In this document: one piece after another, positions 41,267-53,541 of the stretch
Numbering within the stretch: position 1 is the first letter of the stretch
Layout: every line of letters begins with the position of its first letter
Assembly (NCBI GenBank): GCA_951406725.2
Contig: OX597834.1
Location: 14,508,001-14,572,000, forward strand
Length of the DNA: 64,000 nt
Source: Octopus vulgaris
Taxonomy: Eukaryota
Direction: 5' to 3'
The notes under the pieces: model-generated
What the model saw: only the letters and a program-made list of their open reading frames with translations
Told to the model about the DNA's origin: nothing
Database searches by the model: none
Made by a program: the position numbers and the translations under genes

Positions 41267-41598
41267 GGGTAAAGACCCCCTTCGGTCATGAATGACCATG
41301 GGATTGCACCTAGAAAGTTACCCTCCTAGACACAAGTCCGGGCAAGGTTGTTTATGGAAGACCAGCAGTCGCCCATGCATACCAGCCTCCCCTCTCCACG
41401 CCACCAGTGTTATCCAAGGGAAAGACAAAGGTCGATACAGCTTGGCACCAGTGACGTCGCAACTCGTTTCTACAGCTGAGTGAACTGGAGCAACGTGAAA
41501 TAAAGTGCCTTGCTCAAGAACACAACACGCAGCCCGGTCCGGGATTCGAGCTCACAACCTCACGATCGTAAGCTCGACGCTCTAACCACTGAGCCATG
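41267..41598 (-). mobile_element. tRNA-derived CORE-like SINE family D
   Basis: Minus-strand head ATGGCTCAGTGGTTAGAGCG..GAGCTCGAATCCC, then TGTGTTCTTGAGCAAGGCACTTTATTTCAC..CACTCAGCTGTAGAAA. Confidence 0.75.
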
Positions 41599-41751
41599 GT
41601 TTATTACCTATTAGGAAAAGTCTTGAATATTACATTTACTATTCAACTATAAGTTAACTGAATAAACCAGGGTTTATATATATTCAAGAAAAATAACAAA
41701 ATAGAGATAATTAAATTAATAACTATTTATTAATTACAAAATTGCACATCA

Positions 41752-41835
41752 TCTCTGACAGCTGTTTCGATTCAAGCTGTTAGAAATTTACTAGTATAAT
41801 TAAGAAATTTTAAACTTGAATCTCATCGGTAACAG
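41752..41835 (-). ncRNA. Degenerate hammerhead motif at the edge of an AT-rich PLE-like insert
   Basis: Minus strand: CCGATGA gattcaag..cttgaatc GAAA cagctg TC; strong helix II, palindromic helix III, U4->C change and poor helix I. Confidence 0.55.
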
Positions 41836-43148
41836 AAAATTATACACCATAACATTTTCATATTGTTGCGTGTTGAGTGTACGCAGCAAATCCGCTAACT
41901 GATGTTTTATAGAAAGAACATGGTATAAACCTTACAAAGTTTCGGTAGTATATTTATCGAAGTTAATATGAAAATGAATAAGATAATGTAATAAAACATA
42001 TACATCTCTAAAGTATAATTAAGTATCAAATAAAAGTGATTATAAATGTGATTATAAATATATGGGTAGTTATTAATATTATAAAGTAAGTGGTATGTTA
42101 ATTGATGTTATAGTAAACTAATAAATAATTATTAATAGAAAAAAATTAGGGTGACTATTTATAAAGATAATATTTAATTGTTTAAGCAATTAAGGTGTAT
42201 ATGTCAATAAAATAAATATCAGAAGGCTAATAGGTGAAAAGATATCTTTGAGTGCATTATAATATAAATACAATGCATAATTTCCACGTGCAGGGATAAA
42301 ATAAATGTACAACAAGCGTATAATAAAATAATATAAAATAGATTAGTAAGTAGGCAAATGAGAATTTGTTATGACGCGAATATAAACAGAAGTTTACATG
42401 CGTACGTATCGTAAATATAAATAATTAATCATGGGACAAAGACCTACTAAAAATTTGTGTGAAATTAATATGTAAATTATATAGTAACCTAAAACATATA
42501 AGGACTTAAGAGTATATAAATTTAATGCTAAAAATTAAGCATTATATATAGACACCCTTAGAAGTCTGTTAAGTTCAATGGTGTTTAATGGAGATAGCAT
42601 CAAATGCGAAACGTATACAGTAATGAGTAGGCAATTAAATTAATAAATATATGCAAATATATTTAATATACGTACTTTTTGTAATGTAGGAGAGACTAAT
42701 ACGTCTAAAATGTATACTAAATTGATCAAATATAAAACATAAACAGAAATTCCATTGGTCTAAATTCTCAAATATCAGCATTCTATGAAATAAGCCTAGT
42801 TAACGGAAATAGAAAAAATATAGTGTGGAGGGAAATAAGAAGAGAGTGGGGAAGAGAAAAATAATTTAGGTGAATACTATGAAATAAGGTGAGAGTAAAA
42901 CAAAGTTTTCAAATGAATAAAGGTATAACAGGGGTCAATACGTCGGAATTTACTAATAATTGCTTTTAATGAGGTTGTCTTCGATACCGGAAATGAGAAT
43001 TTCGTTTTGAGAGAAAAATAATAAAAGGGACGGGGAGAGAAAATAACTTAGGTAAAAAGCTTAAATAATACAAAGGGGAAATTCGTCAATGAAAAATAAT
43101 ATAGTTAAGTAACAGTTTATGGCATAAAGCACCATAAAATAATATTCA

Positions 43149-43446
43149 ATTATAGTTTGTTATTTATATAAATTTATATAAATTATAGTTTGTTATTTAT
43201 ATAAATTAATATAAATTATAGTTTGTTATTTATATAAATTTATATAAATTATAGTTTGTTATTTATATGAATTAATACAGGGGTCAATAAATTTATTAAC
43301 AAGGAGTCGGAGTAATTTTGGTTTATATGTGTTATTCTATATATATGAAAAAGAATTCGGTCAAGGGGAGGTAAGTAATGGTAGTAATGTACAAGAATTT
43401 AGTTAAAATGAATTAGACGTTATAAATAGGTGAAATTGATAAGATT

Positions 43447-43509
<63 letters not shown>

Positions 43510-43644
43510 GCATAAATATAGATCTATATAAATATATGTACATATATATATATATATATTTATATATATGCATAAATATATATATATATATATATATATA
43601 AATATATATACATATATATATAATATATCTATACATATATTCAA

Positions 43645-43682
<38 letters not shown>

Positions 43683-43690
43683 CTAGATGC

Positions 43691-43729
<39 letters not shown>

Positions 43730-43970
43730 TATATACCGAGATATTACGAAATTTTACGAATATCACGAAATATCCAGTATATGTTTTTAGAGTTCAGCTA
43801 ATCTATTGCTTTGTATGAAGAAAGTACCATTGAATTATAGTTTGTTATTTATATAAATTAATAAAGAGGTCAATAAATTTATTAACAAGGAGACGGAGCA
43901 ATTTCGGTTTATATGTGTTATTCTATATATAAAAAAAAAATTCGGTAAGTAATGGTTGTAATGTACAATA
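43149..43970. repeat. 33-bp minisatellite (4 units) and duplicated ~140-bp block
   Basis: aattatagtttgttatttatataaatt x4 at 43149-43275; about 43248-43398 recurs at about 43834-43970. Confidence 0.8.
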
Positions 43971-44374
43971 ATTTTATTGGTTCGCAATAAATCAATTGGC
44001 CTCAACCGGGTTTGAACCTACATTGGAGAGAAAGATGAAATACTGAGAGACATTTATTTCAACGCTGTATTTAATCTCAATCGATTTCCCTCTTTTCCTC
44101 TATTTGCCTGAAAGTAATTAATGTACGTAATTATAATTATAGGTTTCAAATTTTTGCGCAAGGCCAGTTCTTTCGGTGGAGCGGATACGCCGATGACATC
44201 GACTGTCCTATTCAATTGGTACCTACTGTATTGTAGCCAGAACGGACGAAAGGCAAAATATATTTAATTTTTTATTGCCGAAAGGGGGGCTAAACATATA
44301 GGGGACAAACTAGGACAGACAACGTGCCTAATGCGTAACTGATAAGGATTTCGCCCCGCTTGCCAACGATCCTT

Positions 44375-45892
44375 CTTTCTTTACTGCCCAGAAAAAGCTG
44401 CACACAGAGGGGACAAACAAGGACAGACAAACGGATTAAGTCTATCATATCGACCCCAGTGCGTAACTGGTACTTATTTAATCGACCCCGAAAGGATGAA
44501 AGGTAAAGTCGACCTCGGCGGGATTTGAACTGAGAACGGATCGGCAGATGAAATACCTATTTATCTACTACCTACAATGGGCTAAACACGGAGGAGACAA
44601 ACAAGGACAGACAAACGGATTAAGTCTATCATATCGACCCCAGTGCGTAACTGGTACTTATTTAATCGACCCCGAAAGGATGAAAGGTAAAGTCGACCTC
44701 GGCGGGATTTGAACTGAGAACGGATCGGCAGATGAAATACCTATTTATCTACTACCTACAATGGGCTAAACACGGAGGAGACAAACAAGGACAGACAAAC
44801 GGATTAAGTCTATCATATCGACCCCAGTGCGTAACTGGTACTTATTTAATCGGCCCCGAAAGGTTGAAAGGTAAAGTCGACCTCGGCGGGATTTGAACTG
44901 AGAACGGATCGGCAGATGAAATACCTATTTATCTACTACCTACAATGTGCTAAACACGGAGGAGACAAACAAAGACAGACAAACGGATTAAGTCTATCAA
45001 ATCGACCCCAGTGCGTAACTGGTACTTATTTAATCGGCCCCGAAAGGATGAAAGGTAAAGTCGACCTCGGCGGATTTGAACTGAGAACGGATCGGCAGAT
45101 GAAATACCTATTTATCTACTACCTACAATGGGCTAAACACGGAGGAGACAAACAAGGACAGACAAACGGATTAAGTCTATCATATCGACCCCAGTGCGTA
45201 ACTGGTACTTATTTAATCGACCCCGAAAGGATGAAAGGTAAAGTCGACCTCGGCGGATTTGAACTGAGAACGGATCGGCAGATGAAATACCTATTTATCT
45301 ACTACCTACAATGGGCTAAACACGGAGGAGACAAACAAGGACAGACAAACGGATTAAGTCTATCAAATCGACCCCAGTGCGTAACTGGTACTTATTTAAT
45401 CGACCCCGAAAGGATGAAAGGTAAAGTCGACCTCGGCGGGATTTGAACTGAGAACGGATCGGCAGATGAAATACCTATTTATCTACTACCTACAATGGGC
45501 TAAACACGGAGGAGACAAACAAGGACAGACAAACGGATTAAGTCTATCAAATCGACCCCAGTGCGTAACTGGTACTTATTTAATCGACCCCGAAAGGATG
45601 AAAGGTAAAAGTCGACCTCGGCGGGATTTGAACTGAGAACGGATCGGCAGATGAAATACCTATTTATCTACTACCTACAATGGGCTAAACACGGAGGAGA
45701 CAAACAAAGACAGACAAACGGATTAAGTCTATCAAATCGACCCCAGTGCGTAACTGGTACTTAATTTATCAACCCCGAAAGGATGAAAGACAAAGTCGAC
45801 CTCGGCGGAATTTGAACTCAGAACGTAACGGCAGACGAAATACGGCTACGCATTTCACCCGGCGTGCTAACGATTCTTCCAGCTCGTCGCCC
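44375..45892 (-). repeat. SINE family A tandem array: 7 headless ~184-bp units plus one head-bearing unit
   Basis: 'aaatac' recurs at 44551, 44735, 44919, 45102, 45285, 45469, 45654 and 45838 (183-185 bp period); tRNA head only at 45840-45892. Confidence 0.95.
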
Positions 45893-46487
45893 TATATATT
45901 TTTAATTATTGACAAATACTACGCTGCCCCGATGAAAATATTTACATGTAGTTAACCTCATTTTTCGCTGCAGTCAAAATTAAATATTTTACCAAATTTG
46001 CTATGCATTTCTATAATATATTATTTGTTCAGTGGCATTAGTGTGTTTCGTTAAACATCATGTGTATACGTGAATACACACACGGGTCTAAACACAACAC
46101 TGGCTTTATTCTTTATACATATTTAATTATCTCTCGTGCAAACGAATTAATTATCTCACTGTATGGAATGAACCAATCTTTAATTAGCGTTAGAGCAATT
46201 TAACTACTTACGAATAATGAAACCGAAGATCAATATGTAAAATCATATGCAAATATGTTGCAGCACTTATTAATATTCTATAAGTTTTATTATTTCGTCT
46301 GCTTTTACGTTCTGAGTTCAAATTCCGCCCAGGTCTACTCTGCTTTTCATCGTTTCGGGGTCGATAATTTAAGCAGCAGTTCTCGCCTTGTGCTTAGAGT
46401 AGATAAGAATATTTCATAAGTTTTATATAAAATTGCAGCCGTTTGCAAATTATTGTCAACAGAAAACGGAATATTAGAGTAAAAATT

Positions 46488-46814
46488 CAGTTCTATATTT
46501 AAGAGATGAGGAATTATATAGATTATTTACATCATTTACATTTGAAAGATATTTGTCCCCATGCCTTCGGGCATATGGCGTAGCGGTTAAGAGCGCGGGC
46601 TATTAACCCCCAGTTTCAGAGTTCGATTCCGGGCAATAATAATAATAATAATAATAATAGCAACATCGAAAAATACCTTACGAATGAGAACCCAGGTTCG
46701 AAATGTCCCCAAGATACCTTACGAAGAAGGCTAGAGGGTATTTCAGTCGGAATATTGTGTCAACAACAATCAAGATGAGACGAAATGTCCATGAAATGTA
46801 AATAATGTAAATAA
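46488..46814 (+). mobile_element. tRNA-head/(AAT)n/hammerhead element, copy 2, with an inverted 3'-end duplication at its 5' side
   Basis: 46488-46560 is the reverse complement of the element's 3' end; head at 46568-46635 with A-box TGGCGTAGCGG and B-box GAGTTCGATTCC; degenerate hammerhead at 46715-46760; TSD agagtaaaaatt at 46476-46487 and 46815-46826. Confidence 0.8.
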
Positions 46815-47252
46815 AGAGTAAAAATTATATTCGAAATTAGACTGGTATCTTTAATGCAGATAAACATATAAGTAGCTTGCAATTACACTCATGTCTCGAG
46901 AGAAAATTAATCGTACGCACAAGTACAGTTAGCTATGTACACTCATACGTGCCCTGCTGTCTATCACCTGCCTCTCATTGTGTGTGTATGTATTTATATT
47001 TATATACATATGTGTGTGTGGGTGTGTGTGTGTGTTAATCTGTGTTTATACATTTATATGCATTCGTGCATGTATGTTTGTGAATCTGTCCAAACGTCCG
47101 GTTTCCTTTCCGGCGTAAATGTAACGTGTTTCTTTCGCTATCATCGCCGACTTTACAACTTACTCACTGATATGTGACGAAAGGAAACATTCTGACGATT
47201 GACAGGGAATTAAAAGAACAGTACCTTCAAATATCGCCATATGATTCTGGAT

Positions 47253-47291
<39 letters not shown>

Positions 47292-47342
47292 CATTATTAA
47301 ATCTCAGAATGAGATGTAAACAGTAATCGCTCGACAATGTAA

Positions 47343-47418
47343 AGTATAGAAGCCATCTTAATATGGCTAACCACCCCCTCCTCTTTGTGGTCAGCCATAT
47401 TAAGATGACTTCTGTACT
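47343..47418. repeat. Hairpin with 32-bp arms and 12-nt loop, in a (TA)n-flanked insert
   Basis: agtatagaagccatcttaatatggctaaccac / gtggtcagccatattaagatgacttctgtact. Confidence 0.8.
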
Positions 47419-47470
47419 ATATATATATATATATATATAAGTTTTTGTGCATCATGATGCTGACATAAGT

Positions 47471-47568
47471 TCCTTGTTTTTCCTGATGAGAAGGCGGCAT
47501 AATGCACCCCTTATTCCTTCGAAATTAGGAATATGCAGCCTTCGAAACATATGTCGAGAATAAAGGAA
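47471..47568 (+). ncRNA. Intact minimal type-I hammerhead ribozyme motif
   Basis: ttttc CTGATGA (47483-89) gaaggc..gccttc GAAA (47544-47) catatg TC gagaa; GUC cleavage triplet; second copy at 61041-61151 (-). Confidence 0.8.
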
Positions 47569-47610
47569 TTTTGTTAATTCGTCGGTCAACACCATTCTTT
47601 CATTTATTTG

Positions 47611-47676
<66 letters not shown>

Positions 47677-47744
47677 TGGAGAGAGAAAGGGGAAGACATA
47701 CAAAATTATTGTTGTTGATGACACGAATAACTTAATTCATATAT

Positions 47745-47880
47745 GTTTTCTTTTTTTCCCTTTTACGATCCCTTTTGATCGAAAACCTGCGCCACTTTTT
47801 TTTTTCATCCCCAAAAGAAAAACTCTACCTTGTAATTTGTCCCATCTGTGTGCAGCCCTCTGTGGGGCCAATAAAGAAAC
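47745..47880 (+). mobile_element. 3' end of the Tx1-type LINE, second copy
   Basis: ttttacgatcccttttgatcgaaa..ctctaccttgtaatttgtcccatctgtgtgcagccctctgtggggccaataaagaaac matches the reverse complement of 35268-35410. Confidence 0.8.
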
Positions 47881-48032
47881 TTATCTTTAGACTCACATTA
47901 CAACACAGGCATATTTTATGTATCTAAAATGTACAAATACCTATGCAAAAGTTTATACTTATATGTAAGTTCATGTGTGTATATATTATATATATACTTC
48001 ATAACTTTAAAATTGAATAGAAGATATGAAAT

Positions 48033-48076
48033 CCACCTGATGAATGTCACTTGAAGACAGGAAACAATTGTAGTGG
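48033..48076 (+). ncRNA. Minimal type-I hammerhead ribozyme motif
   Basis: ccac CTGATGA a tgtc acttgaa gaca g GAAA caattg TA gtgg. Confidence 0.7.
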
Positions 48077-48162
48077 CGATTTATTTACTTTATATTACAT
48101 TTTTTTATGTATTGATTAAGTCTTTCCTTGTTTGATTTGCAAAATAGTGGTTTTGTCTCTAA

Positions 48163-48222
<60 letters not shown>

Positions 48223-48251
48223 ATGCATATATATATATATGTATATGTATA

Positions 48252-48323
<72 letters not shown>

Positions 48324-48751
48324 TACATACATATGCGTGCGTGATAGTGTGGCTATTAAACCATTGCTAATCGTGTGTAGTTGCTTCCACAGGTTTCGTG
48401 ATGTGACTCAAACTGCAGCAGCAATCAATCAATGTCGTTCTTTGGTCCGAAGGAAATTCCACGTTCCTTGGAGTCATCGTCGGTCCTAATCTCCGCTGCA
48501 GGAGTAGGCCGATCAATAATACCAGGCTTTCCCTTCATCACTCTTCTTCTTCTTCTTGTTGCTCTTCCTGTCATCTTCAGAGAGGTGCTAATACCTTATA
48601 CGTTTTGGGATTTATAATTCTCTACTTCTATTTTGGTTCCAGAATACAATTCACGAACGGAATGCTGCGGAATACACGCTCACGGTAACTTATATATTCA
48701 CATGCTCAGTTACAGAAAGCTCTATCATATAACACACTATCATAAAACATA

Positions 48752-49266
48752 TCTATATATATAAAACTGTAGTTGTGTGAGTGTCTGTCTCCTACGATTT
48801 AGATTCCTAACTCCTCCCACATTTTGCGGTGCAGTTTAAGCAAATTCGGGTATCTTATAGTCGTGATTACTATCGAGCCCGTCTGGCTATTAGCGCGCGT
48901 CTACGATGAGTCTACGATTTTTAAAATAATTTAACATCATTTTTATTCCATTTTAATGCATAATTTTTCGTGTGTCGATGACGGCGGAGTTAGCGTCCAC
49001 GCTCAAACACCTGCACCTGTGTTTGCTTCTCCCCCTTCTTCCCTCCCTCGTGAAGCTGTGGGGAAGGGAGTTTAAGGAAATCAACGTCGTAATGCGTTGT
49101 CAAGGAGACCAGCGTTCTTTTAGAACAACGACTTCATGGCTTGAAGACACCAAAACAGAAATGGCTAAGAAAGCCCGAATTGGCATCTATAAAGGAAGTA
49201 ACTCTCCAAAATGCTTATATAGTTATTTCCCTTACAAACCCGAGCAACGCCGGGCGATACTGCTAC
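48752..49266 (+). mobile_element. Non-autonomous Helitron
   Basis: 5' a|TCTATATATATAAAA; 3' hairpin cccgagcaacgccggg at 49239-49254 followed by CTAC|t (CTAG variant); no TSD. Confidence 0.7.
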
Positions 49267-49779
49267 TATTAATATAAACTATTGAACAGATCTCTTTCAC
49301 AAAAATAAACACATGATGATTATTTTAACATTTATTCCCTCTCAGTCTCTTTTGCATAAAACATGTTGTCCAGTAATGTCCGGTCATTCACAAACTTGCA
49401 CGTACTACAATAATATATGTATATGCAGATTAGAGTAAGTTTGTTCTTATCTTTTTTATAAATCTGATGAATGTTTTACGCCCGAATCGTTTAGACATCT
49501 CCTCCCAATAAGCGCATTTGTGAGATTTCTTTGCAGTTTTTATATCTCCATAATTTATGAAGAGGTGTTTGTTTATGTCTTTATAAACACAAACACAGAC
49601 ACACTCATATATACAACATATATTTATATATACACGATAGGCTTTTTTTCAGTTTTTGTTAACTAAATCCACTCACAAGGCTTTGGTCGACACCAGGCTA
49701 TAGTAGTGCCACGCAATGAGACTGAAACCAGACCAATGTGGTTGGGAAGGAAGCTTCTTACCATGAGTATATATATATA

Positions 49780-50157
<378 letters not shown>

Positions 50158-50382
50158 CCGCATTCGAAGTCTATATGTATAAAATCTGGTATTTAGAGTG
50201 TATGTTTAATAACACGCTAGTAAAAAAAAAAAACACAAAATTCTTTCTCTAAAACAAAAAAGCTTCAGTGAAAGTAGAGTTCTTCGATGAGACGGCCTCC
50301 GTTTTTAGGCGCAAAACAACTGCGACGACGATGACGACAACGCCACCAACACTCAAATACCAGCAACAACAACAAAAACACC

Positions 50383-50417
<35 letters not shown>

Positions 50418-50549
50418 TAATAATAATAATAAGGAGAAGAATTTTTTTGTAATTTGAATGTACTCGTGTGTAGTTGAAAGGATGTAAATAATAGGAAAAA
50501 TTATGTCGATAGAAAATCTCAAATATTATATATATATATACATATAGAA

Positions 50550-50652
50550 GGCGGCGAGCTGGTAGAAACGTTAGCACGCCGGGCGAAATTCGTAGCCGTA
50601 TTTCGTCTGTCGTTATGTTCGAGTTCAAATTCCGCCGAGGTCGACTTTGCGC
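50550..50652 (+). mobile_element. SINE family A head fragment
   Basis: ggcggcgagctggtagaaacgttagcacgccgggcgaaa..gagttcaaattccgccgaggtcgactttg. Confidence 0.8.
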
Positions 50653-50836
50653 CTCATAGTTATAGTAATAGCGGTAATAATAAGGGAAATAAGAAGGTTA
50701 ATAAATTTAATGAAGCGTTACTTCAATATCTTTTAGATATTCTGGAATGTACGAATGAGATTCCGTCGATGAGGTGTTAAAGGTGCTAAGTGTGTTGTGC
50801 AATGTGGAAAATAAGTATATGTATATACATATACGA

Positions 50837-50868
<32 letters not shown>

Positions 50869-50914
50869 ACGTCTGTGTGTGTGTGTACGTCTGTGTGTGT
50901 GTGTATGTGTGTGT

Positions 50915-51212
50915 GGAGGCGCAATGGCCCAGTGGTTAGGGCAGCGGACTCGCGGTTGTAGGATTGTGGTTTCGATTCCCAGGCCGGGCGTTGTGAGTAT
51001 TTATTGTGCGAAAACACCTAAAAACTCCACGAGGCTCCGACAGGGATGGTGGTGATCCCTGCTGTACTCTTTCGCCACAACTTTCTCTCACTCTTTCTTC
51101 TGTTGACCACCTCGTTTAGCCAGCGGGGTGGCGTCATTTGAAGGCTAAACAATGCGAAGAGCATTGTCACCAACGATGTGTAGTAACAGCTGATATCCTG
51201 GTCGGTAACGGT

Positions 51213-51217
<5 letters not shown>
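50915..51217 (+). mobile_element. tRNA-derived SINE family C
   Basis: A-box TGGCCCAGTGG, B-box GTTTCGATTCC, followed by a non-tRNA body; second head at 22298-22373. Confidence 0.75.
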
Positions 51218-51256
<39 letters not shown>

Positions 51257-51278
51257 CCTAATTCACATATATGTATGT

Positions 51279-51597
51279 ATATTTGTCCTTATCTTGATTT
51301 TTATTATTATAATGTTACGGCTGATATACCCTCCAGCCTTCATCAGGTGTCTTGGGAAAATTTCAAACCTGGGTTCTCATTCCTAAATTATACCCACGAG
51401 CATATGGCGAAGTGGTTAAGAGAGCGGGCTCTCAAAGTCTACGACAAGATTCCGGGTTCGATTCCAGGCAGTGACCTGAATAATAATAATAATGATGATG
51501 ATGATGATGATGATAATAATAATAATAATATTAATAATAATAATAATAATAATGATATGATGATGATGATGATAATAATAATAATAATAATAATAAC

Positions 51598-51660
<63 letters not shown>

Positions 51661-51911
51661 AATAATAATAATAATAACAATAATAATAATAATAATAATA
51701 ACAATAATAACAATAATAATAACAATAACATCGAAAAATACCTTAGGAATGAGAACCTAGTTTCGAAATTTGCCCAAGAAACCTGATGAAGGCTGGAGAG
51801 TATATCAGCAGAAATGGTGTGTTAACAAGAAACAAGATGAGGACAAATAGCCATCAATTGTAAATAATGTAAATAATGTACATAATTCCTCATCTCTTAA
51901 ATACAGAACTG
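51279..51911 (+). mobile_element. tRNA-head/(AAT)n/hammerhead element, copy 3, with inverted hammerhead-containing arms
   Basis: Left arm 51279-51386 is the reverse complement of 51743-51850; tRNA head at 51398-51470 (TGGCGAAGTGG, GGTTCGATTCC); CTGATGA aggctg..cagca GAAA at 51783-51814; end ..ctcttaaatacagaactg. Confidence 0.85.
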
Positions 51912-52033
51912 TGTAAAAGATTTTGTTTCACACTTAAGGTAAAAAAAAAATGTACTTATCACTATCTTCAGCACCGTTATTCTGTAGTATGAATTTACAA
52001 GTACCTACACATACGTATACGAGCTGTAACAAG

Positions 52034-52077
<44 letters not shown>

Positions 52078-52081
52078 GTAT

Positions 52082-52117
<36 letters not shown>

Positions 52118-52398
52118 TTATGTATGTATGTATATGTGTGTGTGAATGTGTTCAATGTGTGTTTGTTTTGTGTGTGTGAGTATATGTTTAAGTGTGTGTG
52201 TACGTGTATGTATATATATATATATAGAATCATATATATATATAATATGTGTATGTATATATGTATATATATGTATATGTGTGTTTGTGTATATATGTAC
52301 ATGTGTGATATATATATGTGTGTGTATATATGTATATATATATATATGTATATATATATATACAATCATACGCGTTTGCACACACACATATAGAAGGG

Positions 52399-52441
<43 letters not shown>

Positions 52442-52450
52442 CAGATAGAG

Positions 52451-52529
<79 letters not shown>

Positions 52530-53306
52530 GACTGAGCGTGTGCGTTTATACTAATTTAAAGGAGGAAATGGGAATTACACGAAAGAAAACTATTATTATT
52601 TTTTTATTGCGTCAATATAATATTGTAGAATGTATGTATGAGGTAACAATTGAGACTAACGGTAATAGAATATATTAATGGCGTAAAAACGTAGAAAATA
52701 GTTATGTAGAAGAAACTTCAAATAAAGAAAGAAGTCTCCATAACATTCCAGGCGAAAACAACGCAACGATATAAATACGAAAAATGAAGGACAAAAGTTG
52801 CGAATTACAAGTATATCCTTTGTAAGATAAATGTGAACATGGACCACGGCAACTAAAAGTGAATAGGCGTATTACTATTAAATCATATTAAGGGGCTGGG
52901 TAACGATTCTTATAAAAGCAACGTATTGAATGTAGAAAATATGGGTGTAGGATTGAGGTTGAACAGGGAATAGTCAATAAGTGAGATTATGTAAAATTAC
53001 GCGTACAATAGGGAGAACTTGGGTGTGATATAAGAATTGCTGAATTATTCTGGAAAATCAATGACGTAAGGAATATTACTGAGCTTATCCTAATTGGAGG
53101 TTTAACAGTAATTGTTTGGAGGTTAAGAACTTGGGTGGGTGCTAAGGTTCCATAAGAAACAAATGGTTATGTTTTAGAAATAGGTGTGTATGCACTCAAT
53201 GTCTCTTTAGAATCAGTTACATAAAAACTGCGCTTTTCTGAATGATACGTCTACTTTCGCGAGAAAAATACCGTTTGTTAAAGAATATATATATATATAT
53301 ACATAC

Positions 53307-53386
<80 letters not shown>

Positions 53387-53541
53387 ACAATAATTACAAA
53401 TATATCATATTACAAGTAATTTTCTGTCAGGAGATTTCTAAATTTCTTTGGATTAATTCTGCATATTTTGGAGAATGATTCCCTGAATAATTCCCACTCG
53501 GTATCGGTTATTACTCGTTTATTACTCGTTTATTACTCGTT

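Noticed and set aside
44400-44584. Hammerhead within the SINE A repeat unit (retrozyme-like explanation of the array)
   Set aside because: I found no CUGANGA..GAAA core on either strand of the unit; other ribozyme classes are not excluded without a covariance-model search.
44916-45446. 176-aa ORF with three 61-aa repeats
   Set aside because: By-product of two 183-bp units in the SINE array, antisense to the SINE; neighbouring 184/185-bp units break the frame.
44375-45892. CRISPR-like array
   Set aside because: The units are entirely repeated with no unique spacers, they are SINE-derived, and the context is eukaryotic with no cas genes.
46568-46635. tRNA genes (also 50915-50990, 51398-51470, 11226-11312)
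   Set aside because: A/B boxes are present, but the acceptor stems are incomplete and the heads continue into repeated SINE bodies.
52620-53280. Possible PLE GIY-YIG tail relic (also 37640-37920)
   Set aside because: Only one or two short peptide resemblances (SRRIIQKSAV; SLHPRLNE); insufficient without a profile search.
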